Assembly (NCBI GenBank): GCA_040768665.1
Contig: JAXGMN010000031.1
Location: 36,369-100,368 of the forward strand
Length of the DNA stretch: 64,000 bases
From: Thermoguttaceae bacterium
Lineage (GTDB): Bacteria > Planctomycetota > Planctomycetia > Pirellulales > Thermoguttaceae
Direction of reading: 5' to 3'
The notes beneath the pieces are model-generated. The model was not told the origin of the DNA. It did not search any database and saw only the letters and a list, made by a program, of their open reading frames with translations. The position numbers were made by a program, and so were the translations under genes. Shown here piece by piece: positions 38,145 to 49,406 of this stretch (position 1 is the first letter of the stretch; every line of letters starts with the position of its first letter).

Positions 38145-39637
38145 AGGTTGAGTTCTCTCGTCGCGATGACTTTCGCCCAGGCCAGCGGACTGATCTCCAT
38201 GCCCGCCAGTAGTCCGACGGCCAAGGCAACCACCGCCGTGGTGACCGGCGGGACCAGAAGCCACAGTCCGACCTCCGGCCGCTCCCGTTCGCCCGTCTCC
38301 ATCGACGGCCACGGGCCGGGCCGGAACCATGCGGCGTAGAGGATCGGCAGAAAGTAGGCGGAATTGAGCAGGCTGCTGGCCACGAGGACGCCGATCACCC
38401 AGGACTGCGACGCCTCCCACGCGCCCAACGCGAGATACCACTTGGTGACGAATCCCGCCATCGGCGGCGCGCCGATCATGCCCAGCGCCCCCAGCGTAAA
38501 CGCGGCCATCGTCCAGGGCATCTGCCGCGCAACGCCGTCCATCTCGCTGACGCGGTGGATTCCCAGGCGTTCGGCCAGGTTGCCGGCGCAAAGGAAGAGC
38601 GTGATCTTCATCAAGCCCTGGTGGACCAGGTGGACTACGCCGCCGATCACGGCCAGCGGAGTTCCCATGGCCACGCCCAGGACGATGTACGAGACCTGGC
38701 TGATGGTTGAATATGCCAGCCGCTTCTTGAGATCGTCCTGCACCAGCGCCCGCAGCGATCCGTAAAGAACCGTTGCCGAGGCGATCACCGCCAGCGGCGT
38801 AAGCAGATCCAATTCGCGGGCGAACTCCAATCCGTAGACGTCGCTGACGACCCGCACGATCCCGAAGGCCCCGGCCTTGACCACGGCCACGGCGTGCAAC
38901 AGCGCGCTGACCGGCGCCGGAGCCACCATCGCTTGGGGCAGCCAGCCGTGCAGCGGCACCAGCGCCGCCTTGACGCCGAAGCCGCCAATCAGCAGTGCGA
39001 AAATGATCTTCAGCGAGGGCAGATGGCGTGCGTCCACCGTGGCCAGGACTCCCCGCTCAATGAAGGCCAGCTCGCCGGTGAGCGAATAGAGCCACGCCAC
39101 CGCAACCAGAAGCACAACGCTGGCGCTGAGCGTGTACATCAGGTAAACCCGGCCGGCGTCGAGGGCCTTCTTGGTGCCGCGATGGACGACCAGCGGATAC
39201 GTAGTTAGTGTGAGGATCTCATAGAAGACCAGGAAGGTCAGCAGGTCGCCGGCGAGGGCGATTCCCACGGTCGAACTGACGCACACGCTGAAATATCCGA
39301 AAAACCGGCTGCGGTTCGGCGAGCCTTCCAGGTAGCCGATGGCATAGACGGTCGTCACCAGCCAGAGAAAGGCCGAGAGGGTGACAAACAGCATCGGCAG
39401 AGGATCGGCGCGGAGCGTGAGGTCAAGTCCCGGCAGAAACGGCATGCTCGCCGCATAGACGTGTTCGTTAGCCACGCCCCAAAGCATGACGCACACCAGC
39501 AGGAGCTTCACGATTGCGCCGCACAGGTTGAGCACCGTTCGCAGCGCGTGAAACTCCTCACGAAGGGTGAAAATGATCAGCCCGGGTATGAGTGAGCTGA
39601 GCAACAGCAGGATAGGAAGCAAAAAGCCCCAGTTCAT
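38141..39637 (-). CDS. Mrp/Mnh antiporter subunit D (NuoL/M/N)-like (second)
   Basis: The start is at the Met of MNWGFLLPILLLL. Motif LVPLHGWLPQAMVAPAPVSALLHAVAVVKAG. 4-nt overlaps on both sides. Confidence 0.75.
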   Translation of the reverse strand: MNWGFLLPILLLLSSLIPGLIIFTLREEFHALRTVLNLCGAIVKLLLVCVMLWGVANEHVYAASMPFLPGLDLTLRADPLPMLFVTLSAFLWLVTTVYAIGYLEGSPNRSRFFGYFSVCVSSTVGIALAGDLLTFLVFYEILTLTTYPLVVHRGTKKALDAGRVYLMYTLSASVVLLVAVAWLYSLTGELAFIERGVLATVDARHLPSLKIIFALLIGGFGVKAALVPLHGWLPQAMVAPAPVSALLHAVAVVKAGAFGIVRVVSDVYGLEFARELDLLTPLAVIASATVLYGSLRALVQDDLKKRLAYSTISQVSYIVLGVAMGTPLAVIGGVVHLVHQGLMKITLFLCAGNLAERLGIHRVSEMDGVARQMPWTMAAFTLGALGMIGAPPMAGFVTKWYLALGAWEASQSWVIGVLVASSLLNSAYFLPILYAAWFRPGPWPSMETGERERPEVGLWLLVPPVTTAVVALAVGLLAGMEISPLAWAKVIATRELNL

Positions 39638-41121
39638 CGCAGGGTCTCGGCAATCGTGTCCAAAGGAAGCGGGGCTGCGATTTCGAGGAGGTCGGCCAGA
39701 GGCGCCGCGGCCATTCCCAGTAGGGCGGCGGTGACTCCCAAGGCGACGGCAGCCGCGTCCATCCGCCAGGGACGCGGCGGGCCTTCCGCCTCCTGGTCTT
39801 CGGCAGCCATCATCGCCCGGCTCCAGAATCGGAACAAGTAGCCGGCCGTCAGAAGTCCTCCGGCGACAATGGCGACTGCCCATCCCCACTGCCCGCTCTG
39901 AATGGCCGCGGTGAGCATCATCCACTTCCCGGCAAACCCGCCGCTGGGCGGCAGGCCCATCAGGCTGACGCTGGCCAGGGCGAAGGCGGTCACCGGCCCC
40001 GGGAGTCGCTGTCCGATTCCTATCAGTCCATCAAGACGGTCGTGCCCCGCCGCGTTCTGAATCGAGCCGGTCGCCAGGAAGATGGCCGCCTTGGCCAGGG
40101 CGTGGGAGAGGGCGATGCAAACGGCTCCGGCCAGCGCGAGTTGCCGCATGCCGGGCAACGACACCAGCGGGAACATGAGAAACAGGTAGCCCAACTGCGC
40201 CACGGTCGAGTAGGCAACCAGCAGTTTCAACCGCTCGGCCCGAAACGCTTGAATCGATCCCCAGACGATCGCCCCGGCGCCGAGCAGGCCCAGCAGTTGC
40301 CCGCCCTCGGAGAGCGTCGCTGCCGGAAACACCTCCAGCCACAGCCGCACGATCATATAAAAAGCCCCCTTCACGACTAGCGCCGACAGCAGGGCGCTGA
40401 CCGGGGCGGGCGCGTTGGCGTGGGCTGGCGGCAGCCAGAAGTGCAGCGGGAATAGGGCGGCTTTGATCAGCAAGCCCGCAACCATCATCGCCGCCGCCAT
40501 CTGGCCGCGAGGCTCGGCGGCGAGCCTCGCGCCGAGCGCCGCCAGGTCGAGGACGCCAAATGCTCCGTACAACAGCGCAACGCCCATCAGGTACAAAAGC
40601 GAGCCGAGCAGTCCCACGATCAGGTACCGCAGGGCAGCGACGATCGCTTCGGTGGTGCCGGCCAGAGCGATCAGCCCGATCGACGCCAGCGTGAGCAGTT
40701 CCAGCGTCACGTAGAGGTTGAAGACGTCGGCCGAGAGGAACAGCGCATTGAGCGACGCCCAGAGCAGAAAGAACAGCGGCCAGAACGTGCCCGCCGTCTC
40801 GTCCGCCCCCTGGTGCGCCCCGCCGCGGAAATAACCCGGGGCATAGAAGGCCACGGCCGATCCGACCACGGTGGTGGCCATCAGCATGACCAGCGACAGG
40901 CCGTCGGCGTAGAGTTCGATGCCCAGCGGGCTCCCCCAGCCACCCAGCGCATAACGAATGGGGCCATGCAGGATCACTTGCCGGCCCAGGCCAAGTAACA
41001 GTGCGGCCATCCCCAGCGGCGCGGCGACGGCAAGCAGGTTCACCAACCGCCGCCCGCCGAGATACGCAATCAGGCCGAGCGCCAAAGGCAGTGTGATCAG
41101 GCCCACGCCCCAATGGTCCAT
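39634..41121 (-). CDS. Mrp/Mnh antiporter subunit D (NuoN/ND2)-like (first)
   Basis: 495 aa. MDHWGVGLITLPLALGLIAYLGG. Motif LFPLHFWLPPAHANAPAPVSALLSALVVKGAF. Confidence 0.75.
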   Translation of the reverse strand: MDHWGVGLITLPLALGLIAYLGGRRLVNLLAVAAPLGMAALLLGLGRQVILHGPIRYALGGWGSPLGIELYADGLSLVMLMATTVVGSAVAFYAPGYFRGGAHQGADETAGTFWPLFFLLWASLNALFLSADVFNLYVTLELLTLASIGLIALAGTTEAIVAALRYLIVGLLGSLLYLMGVALLYGAFGVLDLAALGARLAAEPRGQMAAAMMVAGLLIKAALFPLHFWLPPAHANAPAPVSALLSALVVKGAFYMIVRLWLEVFPAATLSEGGQLLGLLGAGAIVWGSIQAFRAERLKLLVAYSTVAQLGYLFLMFPLVSLPGMRQLALAGAVCIALSHALAKAAIFLATGSIQNAAGHDRLDGLIGIGQRLPGPVTAFALASVSLMGLPPSGGFAGKWMMLTAAIQSGQWGWAVAIVAGGLLTAGYLFRFWSRAMMAAEDQEAEGPPRPWRMDAAAVALGVTAALLGMAAAPLADLLEIAAPLPLDTIAETLR

Positions 41122-41192
41122 GTCAGCCGCTCCTCTCGTTGTGCGGTTTCGCCGCGCGGCTTTCCCTTCCGGCCGAAGGCTCGCCGCGATCT

Positions 41193-41522
41193 TCAGGAAA
41201 AGTGGTCTCTCCCGTCACCGCGTGCAGGCGGCAGATCAGGGCCAGGGCCAAGGCGGTTGCGGCGGACGGCCACCACAATCCCGGTTAACACCAGCGCGTG
41301 CGGCACCGGATCCGGCAGAATTTTCTCCGCGGCAAGTTGCAGCCGGCTGGGATAGGCCAGCGCCACCAGCAGCATGAACACGCCGGTGCCCATCACGTTC
41401 AACGCGAGCACTTTGCGGACCAACTGCGAGAGCACCAAGGCCCCGAACAGCCCGATCCCAAAAAGCGCCACCGCCACCAGGCTGTAGAGCACGGCCGGAT
41501 TCATGTTCGGTTCTCCTGTCAA
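41193..41522 (-). CDS. Mrp/Mnh antiporter subunit C (NuoK-like)
   Basis: MNPAVLYSLVAVALFGIGLFGALVLSQLVRKVLALNVMGTGVFMLLV. Small 3-TM NuoK/MnhC pattern. The start may be the internal Met at 41504. Confidence 0.7.
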   Translation of the reverse strand: MTGEPNMNPAVLYSLVAVALFGIGLFGALVLSQLVRKVLALNVMGTGVFMLLVALAYPSRLQLAAEKILPDPVPHALVLTGIVVAVRRNRLGPGPDLPPARGDGRDHFS

Positions 41523-41527
41523 GAAAT

Positions 41528-41615
41528 GGTACCAATGGGCGACAGAAGTAGGTTCCGCTTGCCGAGCGGGCCCATTGGGGCGAGGTCCCGCTCGGCAAGC
41601 GGGACCTACCGGTGG
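41528..41615. repeat. Full copy of the intergenic palindromic repeat family, lodged between mnhB-like and mnhC. It supplies the mnhB-like stop codon.
   Basis: Nested inverted repeats. ACCAATGGGC pairs with GCCCATTGG. GTAGGTTCCGCTTGCCGAGCGGG (41548-41570) pairs with CCCGCTCGGCAAGCGGGACCTAC (41587-41609; 22 of 23). Tail CGGTGG as in the 31185 copy. Confidence 0.55.
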
Positions 41616-42364
41616 TCATCCTTCTCCTCATTCTCTCGGAAATCTTGGTGCCGCTGGCGGCCCGATTGGCCCGATAGCACGCCGGCTAGCAGGACGATGA
41701 AAATGGCGCCCACCGAGAGCATCGCCGCGGCCTCGATCACGAGGATCCACGCCTTGGCTGATTCCGCAGGGTATTCCAGAAAACGCCTGCCCGCGGCGAG
41801 CATTCCCAGACCGATGCCCCCGAACGTCGCCAGGCCCAGAATCACGGCGACGTGCAGTTTGCGGCCGCGGAACCAGCGGGCGACCGGGGCTCCGGCCAGC
41901 AACAGCAGCACGCCGCCGCCGCCCAGCGCCGCACCCGCCTGAAAAGCCCCGCCGGGCCGGTCGGCACCGATCCACAGCAGGTATCCGGCCACCAGCACGA
42001 CGATCGGCACCACGGCCGCCGCCAGGGCCGCCAGCAACGGTGGCGGGGCGGCCGGCGCGGCGGCGAACCAGTCCTGCCGCCACACCGCCTGAACGCCCAT
42101 CGCCGCCAGCACGAGGACCGCGACTTCCAGCAGCGTGTCGTAGGCGCGGAAGTTAAGCAGCACCCCCGTCACCGGATTCGAAACGCCGCCGGCGGCCACG
42201 AGTCCTTGTCTCGCGTCGCTATCCTGAAAGCGGGCCGTCAGACCGGCCGGTTGCTCCGGCAGCGTCAGCACGCTCCAGGCCACCATTCCGCTGAGCGTCG
42301 CCGTCAAGGCGGCCGCAGCCAACGTGCCCGGCGTTGCCCGCAGCGGCAGATCGTTTGTCCTCAT
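41606..42364 (-). CDS. MnhB-domain protein (MbhE-like) fused to an MrpB-like region
   Basis: NPVTGVLLNFRAYDTLLEVAVLVL (MnhB domain signature). Downstream GADRPGGAFQAG (compare MrpB AGHxxPGGGFxGG) plus TM helices. The true start is probably internal (Met of MVAWS, ~42286). The last ~25 codons and the stop lie in the repeat element. Confidence 0.6.
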   Translation of the reverse strand: MRTNDLPLRATPGTLAAAALTATLSGMVAWSVLTLPEQPAGLTARFQDSDARQGLVAAGGVSNPVTGVLLNFRAYDTLLEVAVLVLAAMGVQAVWRQDWFAAAPAAPPPLLAALAAAVVPIVVLVAGYLLWIGADRPGGAFQAGAALGGGGVLLLLAGAPVARWFRGRKLHVAVILGLATFGGIGLGMLAAGRRFLEYPAESAKAWILVIEAAAMLSVGAIFIVLLAGVLSGQSGRQRHQDFRENEEKDDHR

Positions 42365-42638
42365 GGTCTTCCTCCTTACGAGTCTCCGGTCCCAACGAGC
42401 TCTCCAGCCGGCGGGCGGCCCCCAGCAGCAGAGCCCCTGTCAGGCCGGCGCCGATGGCCACTTCGGCCAGAGCGATGTCGGGCGCACTCAGCCGGGCCCA
42501 AGCCAGTGCGACCAGCAGGCTGAACGAGATGAACAGCGAGACCGCCGTGAACAGCCGCCGCGTCGCCAGGCACTTCCAGGCGAGCCAGACGAGCATCAGG
42601 CTCAAGGTCGCGTCGAACGCCCACAGCAGGACCGTCAT
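42219..42638 (-). CDS. DUF4040-type (MbhD-like) membrane subunit
   Basis: LSAPDIALAEVAIGAGLTGALLLGAA matches the DUF4040 core normally found inside MrpA. Here it is a separate ORF, as in Mbh/Mbx-type clusters. Its 3' end overlaps the next ORF in another frame, so the exact end is uncertain. Confidence 0.55.
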   Translation of the reverse strand: MTVLLWAFDATLSLMLVWLAWKCLATRRLFTAVSLFISFSLLVALAWARLSAPDIALAEVAIGAGLTGALLLGAARRLESSLGPETRKEEDHEDKRSAAAGNAGHVGCGRLDGDAQRNGGLERADAAGATGRSDGPLSG

Positions 42639-42991
42639 CGCTTCTCCCAGGCGGGGATCCCCAGGTCCCGCGCCGACTTGGCCACCAGGTTACACACCGT
42701 GGCGCTGGCAGCCAGGGCCAGGATCCACACCGAGAGTACCTTCAACGCCACCAGCCACGACGCCGATTGCATCGCCAGTCCGATGGCAACCAGCCCCAGT
42801 CCCAGGTTGTCGGCCTTCGTCAGGGCGTGCAATCGGGTGTAAACGTCGGGAAAGCGGAGCAGGCCAACGGTGCCGGCCGCGAAGAAACCGATCCCCGCCA
42901 GACACAAAACGATCGCGATCCCGTCGGCAATTACGGTCCACATCGGCTCACTCCTCCCGGCGGCCTGCGGGGTCGCCGGCCATCCGGACAA
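42635..42991 (-). CDS. Mrp/Mnh antiporter subunit G
   Basis: MWTVIADGIAIVLCLAGIGFFAAGTVGLLRFPDVYTRLHALTKADNLGLGLV is the MnhG/PhaG signature. The start is either the first Met (42991) or the Met of MWTV (42943). Confidence 0.7.
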   Translation of the reverse strand: MSGWPATPQAAGRSEPMWTVIADGIAIVLCLAGIGFFAAGTVGLLRFPDVYTRLHALTKADNLGLGLVAIGLAMQSASWLVALKVLSVWILALAASATVCNLVAKSARDLGIPAWEKR

Positions 42992-43220
42992 AGGCGGTTC
43001 CGGTGACGGCCGCCAGCCCGGCGAAAACCAGTGCCACGTCTCTCAGGGCCGCCGCGTCAAAGACCTCGGCCAGCAGCAACAGGATGGCAACGCCCGTGGT
43101 TCCGAACATCAGCACCGCCAACATGCGGTCTGCGGGCGTGGGCCCGCGAATCACGCGGACCATGCCGGCAGCCACCATCGCCAGGAGCACCACGGCCATT
43201 CCCAGAAGGATCGCGTTCAT
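42948..43220 (-). CDS. Mrp/Mnh antiporter subunit F
   Basis: The 90-aa MNAILLGMAVVLLAMVAAGMVRVIRGPTPADRMLAVLMFGTTGVAILLLLA is found in the C-terminal part of the 316-aa track ORF. The ATGA overlap with mnhE is at 43217-43220. Confidence 0.65.
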   Translation of the reverse strand: MNAILLGMAVVLLAMVAAGMVRVIRGPTPADRMLAVLMFGTTGVAILLLLAEVFDAAALRDVALVFAGLAAVTGTAFVRMAGDPAGRREE

Positions 43221-43813
43221 GGGGAAATATCCAGTCCGTATAAGGCGGCCACTGCCAATTCCAGTTTCCGAAGTTGCTCTTCGAACGGTCCGCCGACGTT
43301 TAGGGCGTGTACGAGGATCCGGTCGGACTGGAAGTCGGCGGTGAGTGTTCCGGGCAACAGGCTCGTCGTGCTGGCGAAAAGCCATCGCGGGGTGCCCGGC
43401 GGCAACCGCATCGAATAGACGCAGAAGCCGGGCTTCAGCGGCAGGTCTCCCGGAGTCATCGCGCGGCGGGCCACGTCGGCGCCGGCGACCAATGAGCTTT
43501 TCAGGAAAAAGGCGACGAACCGGATCATTCCGATCAACCGCCAGCGGAATTTCGGCAACGGCCTCAGCCAAAAGCTCATCACGACCGCAGCGAGAACCGC
43601 CGGGCCGCCAACGATCCAGGAGGCGGCCTCGCCCGAGGTCAGGCCGAGCCAGATGAGAGCGAACATCGCAATGCGGAGGGCCGCGTGGAGGATCTGCTCC
43701 AGGACTTCTTTCGGCGCTCGTTGTGCTGCCACGGCTTCCTCCGCTCCCGCCCATGCAGGCAACGCCCTCCGTGGCGTTCCGCGGAGGACGGGTGGTCGTC
43801 TTGCTTCCCTCAT
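43217..43813 (-). CDS. Mrp/Mnh antiporter subunit E
   Basis: C-terminal PGTLTADFQSDRILVHALNV...EEQLRKLE fits the MnhE signature (PGTLSvD...L.vH.ld). Start uncertain. The ORF track extends to 43891 and a non-ATG start is possible. Confidence 0.6.
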   Translation of the reverse strand: MREARRPPVLRGTPRRALPAWAGAEEAVAAQRAPKEVLEQILHAALRIAMFALIWLGLTSGEAASWIVGGPAVLAAVVMSFWLRPLPKFRWRLIGMIRFVAFFLKSSLVAGADVARRAMTPGDLPLKPGFCVYSMRLPPGTPRWLFASTTSLLPGTLTADFQSDRILVHALNVGGPFEEQLRKLELAVAALYGLDISP

Positions 43814-43927
43814 GCGGAACACCACGGAGGACGTTCCGTACAGCCTGTGTACCCTGGACGCCGAACGCATGCAGCGTCGATCCCCGGGCACTCATCACTC
43901 CCCCGACGCCTGGTCTCTAGGTCCAGG

Positions 43928-45092
43928 TCACGTTTCCCCGCCAGAGAGGATGACGCCCGCGGATGTCGGCCTCCACCTGCCTCCACCAGAGCGCTTCCAC
44001 GATCTGTTTTGCCGTGTCGCTGCACTCTCGGGCGCGCTCGGAGTCGCCCAGCCGCTGGTAAGCCTCGGCGAGCCCCTCCCAGGCCGGCGCGTACACGCGA
44101 TCGGTTTCAATGCAGTGCTGAAATTCCCGGCGGGCCTCTTCGGGCAGCCCCTTTTCCAGGAGTTCTTCGCCGAGTTTGAAGTGGGATCGGACATCGGCGA
44201 TCTCCTCGTCGATCCGCAGCCGAATGGCGTTTTCCGCCTTGAAGCTAAGCAGAGAGCAAGGCATCGCACTGGCGACCCGGCCGGTCACGTGACCCAGCAG
44301 GATACGCGTGAACCCGGTCTTCGCCCCCGAACCCATGACCAGCAGTTTCGCCGCGATTCTCTCGGCTGCGGCAAGGATTTCCGCCGGAGGATCTCCCAGC
44401 CGCACTTCCTTCTCCCAACGGACATTGTGGAAATCGAATTGTCCCAAGAACGCCTCGAAACGACGCCGCTGGTCTTCCTCGTAGGCATTCTGCGCCTCCT
44501 GGCTGACTAGGCCGGAAAACGACCAGAACGTGGTTACCGGCTGAATCACCGTGAGCACCGTAAGCCTGGCGTCGAGATTCCTTGCCAAGTGGATGGCATT
44601 GCTCAACGCGCGGCGCGAAGGAGCGGAGAAGTCAACCGCGCAGACGATCGAATCCAGCGAGACCGGCTGCCCCGGCTTCACGACCCACACCGGTTTGGCC
44701 GAGTGGCGGAGGACTCGCTCCGCCGTGAGGCCCAGGGCCGATGGATCGTCACCGCCCGCGCTGCGGGCGATCACGATCACGTTGGCATCGCGCTCGTTGG
44801 CCTGGCGGAGAATGCCCTCGAAATCGCTGCCCTCCTCGACAATCGGCTCGGCCATCCTCACCCCTTCCCCCCGCAACTTCGAGGCAAGCTCGTTCAGTCG
44901 TTCGAGACTCCTCTCACGGGCCAGTCGCATGACCAGCGCGGCATCCGAAAGCCCCTCCGGCGCCGGTGGAAGCACGTTCAACAGCAGCACCTCGGACTGA
45001 AACGTCCGGCCGAGCGCCGATGCGGTGGCCAGCACGTCGTCGACGCCGGTTTGGAAGTCGGTGGCGACAAGTATTGTTTGCATAAGTCTCAT
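43928..45092 (-). CDS. Tandem universal stress protein (UspA x2) with C-terminal TPR-like helical region
   Basis: Two Usp units. ILVATDFQTG...VIVIARSAGGDDPSALGLTAERVLRHSAKPVWVV and IVCAVDFSAPS...LLVMGSGAKTGFTRILLGHVTGRVASAMPCSLL. The tail WEGLAEAYQRLGDSERARE is TPR-like. Confidence 0.75.
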
Positions 45093-45660
45093 GATGTTGC
45101 CTCCGCATCGCCCGGCCCTGCTGGCCCTGAAAGAGACAATGGATATTGGAGAAGAACCATGCGATTTTCTGCGTTTACCGACGCGGCTCCCTCAAATGGA
45201 TTATAGACGATTTGATTCCGCGGGCAATTGACCACCTTGTGCCGGACGTTGGCCGGTGGCGGCTGGGTGGTCTGATCAAGGAAAGGGACGGGCACCGCAA
45301 GAGTGGGTTGCCGGAGCGAATCGAGACGGTCTTGCGGATCCAGCCCCCCGCTTTTCATCACCCCAGGGGTCAGGGGCAATCCGCGCTTACGGCCGGCGGC
45401 CCAACACGTGGCGCGATAGCGGCGCGTCAGGCCGCCGCGCGAGTAGCTGGTAATGTCTTGACTGCGTACAATCGTCAATGACGGCAGCCACGTTCCACAT
45501 CGGGGAGGCCGGCATCGAGATGCGCTGTGCCACTTCGCGTGCCCTCGACGCAAGAAAGGGGGCAGTCCCGCCAGGGTGGGCATAAGCGGGCCCGATGTCG
45601 CGGCCTTCGTGGCAGCTTGCGCCGCGGCTTTTGAGTTAAGTCCCGAAAGGAGTTGGATAG

Positions 45661-47507
<1,847 letters not shown>

Positions 47508-47534
47508 TCTGTTATCACTTCACTCACGACCGCC

Positions 47535-48410
47535 ATGATCACATCCGACGAACGGCCTGCCACGGCGCCGCCGGCTCCGACCATTACGCTCGACGCCTAC
47601 TCGCCGGAGCAGATCGCGGAGCGCGTGGAACGCCAGGGCGTATACAAGAGCAGATTGCCGCCGTTCACCATGACGATGCTGGCGATCGTGGGAGGGGGAT
47701 TCATTGGCCTCGGCGCGATGTTCCAAATCGCCGTCCTCGCCGATCCCGACCTGAACGCCGGATGGAGCCGCATGATCGGCGGTGTGGCATTTGCCACGGG
47801 CTACCTGATCGCCATGACCGCCGGCGCCGAAGTGTTCACCTCGAACAACCTCACTGTGATGAGTTGGGCAGCCCGCAAACTCAGCACCATGCGGCTCCTG
47901 CAGAGTTGGCTCGTCGTGCTGCTGGGCAACGCCGTGGGAGCCGGCGGACTGGCCCTGGTCATCGTTCTTTCCGGGCACATGGCCATGCACGAGGGAGCCG
48001 TGGGGCGGGTCGCAGTTCAGATCGCGGCGGCGAAGGGCTCGGAATCCTTCCTCTACGCCTTTTTCGGCGGGATTATCGGTAACCTGCTCATCTGCGTCGC
48101 CGTTTGGATCGCCATGGCGGGGCGATCGGTCACGGACAAGTTTTTCGCGCCGCTTCTGCCGATTGCCGCCCTGTCGATCGGAGGCTTCGAGCACTGCGTG
48201 GGCAACATTTACTACATGTGCAGCGGCCTGCTCACCGTGGCTGTGCAGCCGGGGCTGTATCCAGACGGCAGCGCACTCGACACCTGGCGCGCCATGCACA
48301 ACCTGTTTGCAGTCACCTGCGGAAACATCTTCGGCGGGGGAGTGATGGTCGCGTTGGTCTACCACGTGATCTATCGCCGCTTGGTCGAGCAATGGAGCGA
48401 CCCGTCGTAG
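47535..48410 (+). CDS. Formate/nitrite transporter family (FNT: FocA/NirC-like) channel
   Basis: 291 aa, 6 TM. The characteristic FNT loops FATGYLIAMTAGAEVFTSNN and GGFEHCVGNIYYM are present (compare AGAELFTGN and FEHSIANMY). Confidence 0.8.
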   Translation: MITSDERPATAPPAPTITLDAYSPEQIAERVERQGVYKSRLPPFTMTMLAIVGGGFIGLGAMFQIAVLADPDLNAGWSRMIGGVAFATGYLIAMTAGAEVFTSNNLTVMSWAARKLSTMRLLQSWLVVLLGNAVGAGGLALVIVLSGHMAMHEGAVGRVAVQIAAAKGSESFLYAFFGGIIGNLLICVAVWIAMAGRSVTDKFFAPLLPIAALSIGGFEHCVGNIYYMCSGLLTVAVQPGLYPDGSALDTWRAMHNLFAVTCGNIFGGGVMVALVYHVIYRRLVEQWSDPS

Positions 48411-48566
48411 AGAGGCCGCGGGATGAATCGCCGTTCACGCCTCCTTAGCCTCCAGTAGTTGCTGAGGTGGCCGGCCTTGGCGTCGCCCAGCAGGAAGATC
48501 GTCTTCGACTTTTTGGAGAGCGGGTTTTCCACGACGGAATACCCCGGCCGGTCGCCTTACGATCTG

Positions 48567-49406
48567 TCACATCCCAACAAAGAGAGGGCAATCTGCATTC
48601 CGGATAATATGCAGCATTGTAGTTTCACGAAGAATCTTCGCAAGCCAACTGTCCGCACTGGAGCCTAACACCACCATGTCCGCGTCCCATTCGGCAGCCT
48701 CAGCCAGGATTTCCTCTTTCGGATCTCCCGGCCGATACCGGGTCTCCGGCTCGTAACCGTGAGCCCGGCAGTAAACGACCGCATCGGTCAACATCGGTTT
48801 CGCCTGATCCTCCGGATGGCCGCAAACGAGAATCCGCAGCATCGCGCTTGGCCAAAGTCGAAAACGCATAAACTGCTGCATCGATTCGGCAGATTGCACG
48901 GAACCGCTGTAGGCCACCAGCACGCGGCGAACTGGGCGGACCCGATTGGAGACCGCGATCAGGGGTCGCACGCCTCCCTCAATCAACTCCCGAAGGAACC
49001 TTGCCGGTTCCACGTCGGAGTCACCGAGGATCTTGTACTCAAACATGCTTCTCAGTCCGAATACGGCCAAGTCGTGGTAGCGAGCATATTCGATCATCAG
49101 GTGGAACGGGCTCCCTTGCTCGCGATAGATCGTGATGGGCACGCCCTGATCACTGCAGTGCTGCTTCAGCACGTCAAGCGAGTCTTCAATTTGTTCCCGA
49201 GTGACCTCGAGACGATCTTCGCACAAATCCGCCATCGCGACGGCGCTCTCCAACGGAACGCGCCCAACGCGACAGATGCGGCTCTCATCAAGCACGGTCA
49301 CGGCCGTCAGGCTCGCACCGCTCCGTCGTGCGATCTCGACGGCGAACTGAATGGCGACACCGGAGAACGGCGTGCCGCCAATTCCCAGCAGAATTCGACG
49401 GATCAT
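48567..49406 (-). CDS. Tandem universal stress protein (UspA x2)
   Basis: 279 aa. ILLGIGGTPFS...LAVFGLRS and RVLVAYSGSVQS...MVVLGSSADSWLAKILRETTMLHIIRNADCPLFV. Confidence 0.75.
   Translation of the reverse strand: MIRRILLGIGGTPFSGVAIQFAVEIARRSGASLTAVTVLDESRICRVGRVPLESAVAMADLCEDRLEVTREQIEDSLDVLKQHCSDQGVPITIYREQGSPFHLMIEYARYHDLAVFGLRSMFEYKILGDSDVEPARFLRELIEGGVRPLIAVSNRVRPVRRVLVAYSGSVQSAESMQQFMRFRLWPSAMLRILVCGHPEDQAKPMLTDAVVYCRAHGYEPETRYRPGDPKEEILAEAAEWDADMVVLGSSADSWLAKILRETTMLHIIRNADCPLFVGM

Noticed and set aside
42219-42364. 146-nt out-of-frame overlap between the DUF4040 ORF and the MnhB-like ORF as possible evidence of a frameshift splitting a single gene
   Set aside because: Separate DUF4040 and MnhB genes are the norm in Mbh-type clusters. 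The MnhB-like ORF most likely starts at an internal Met, reducing the overlap. A sequencing frameshift cannot be excluded but is not required.
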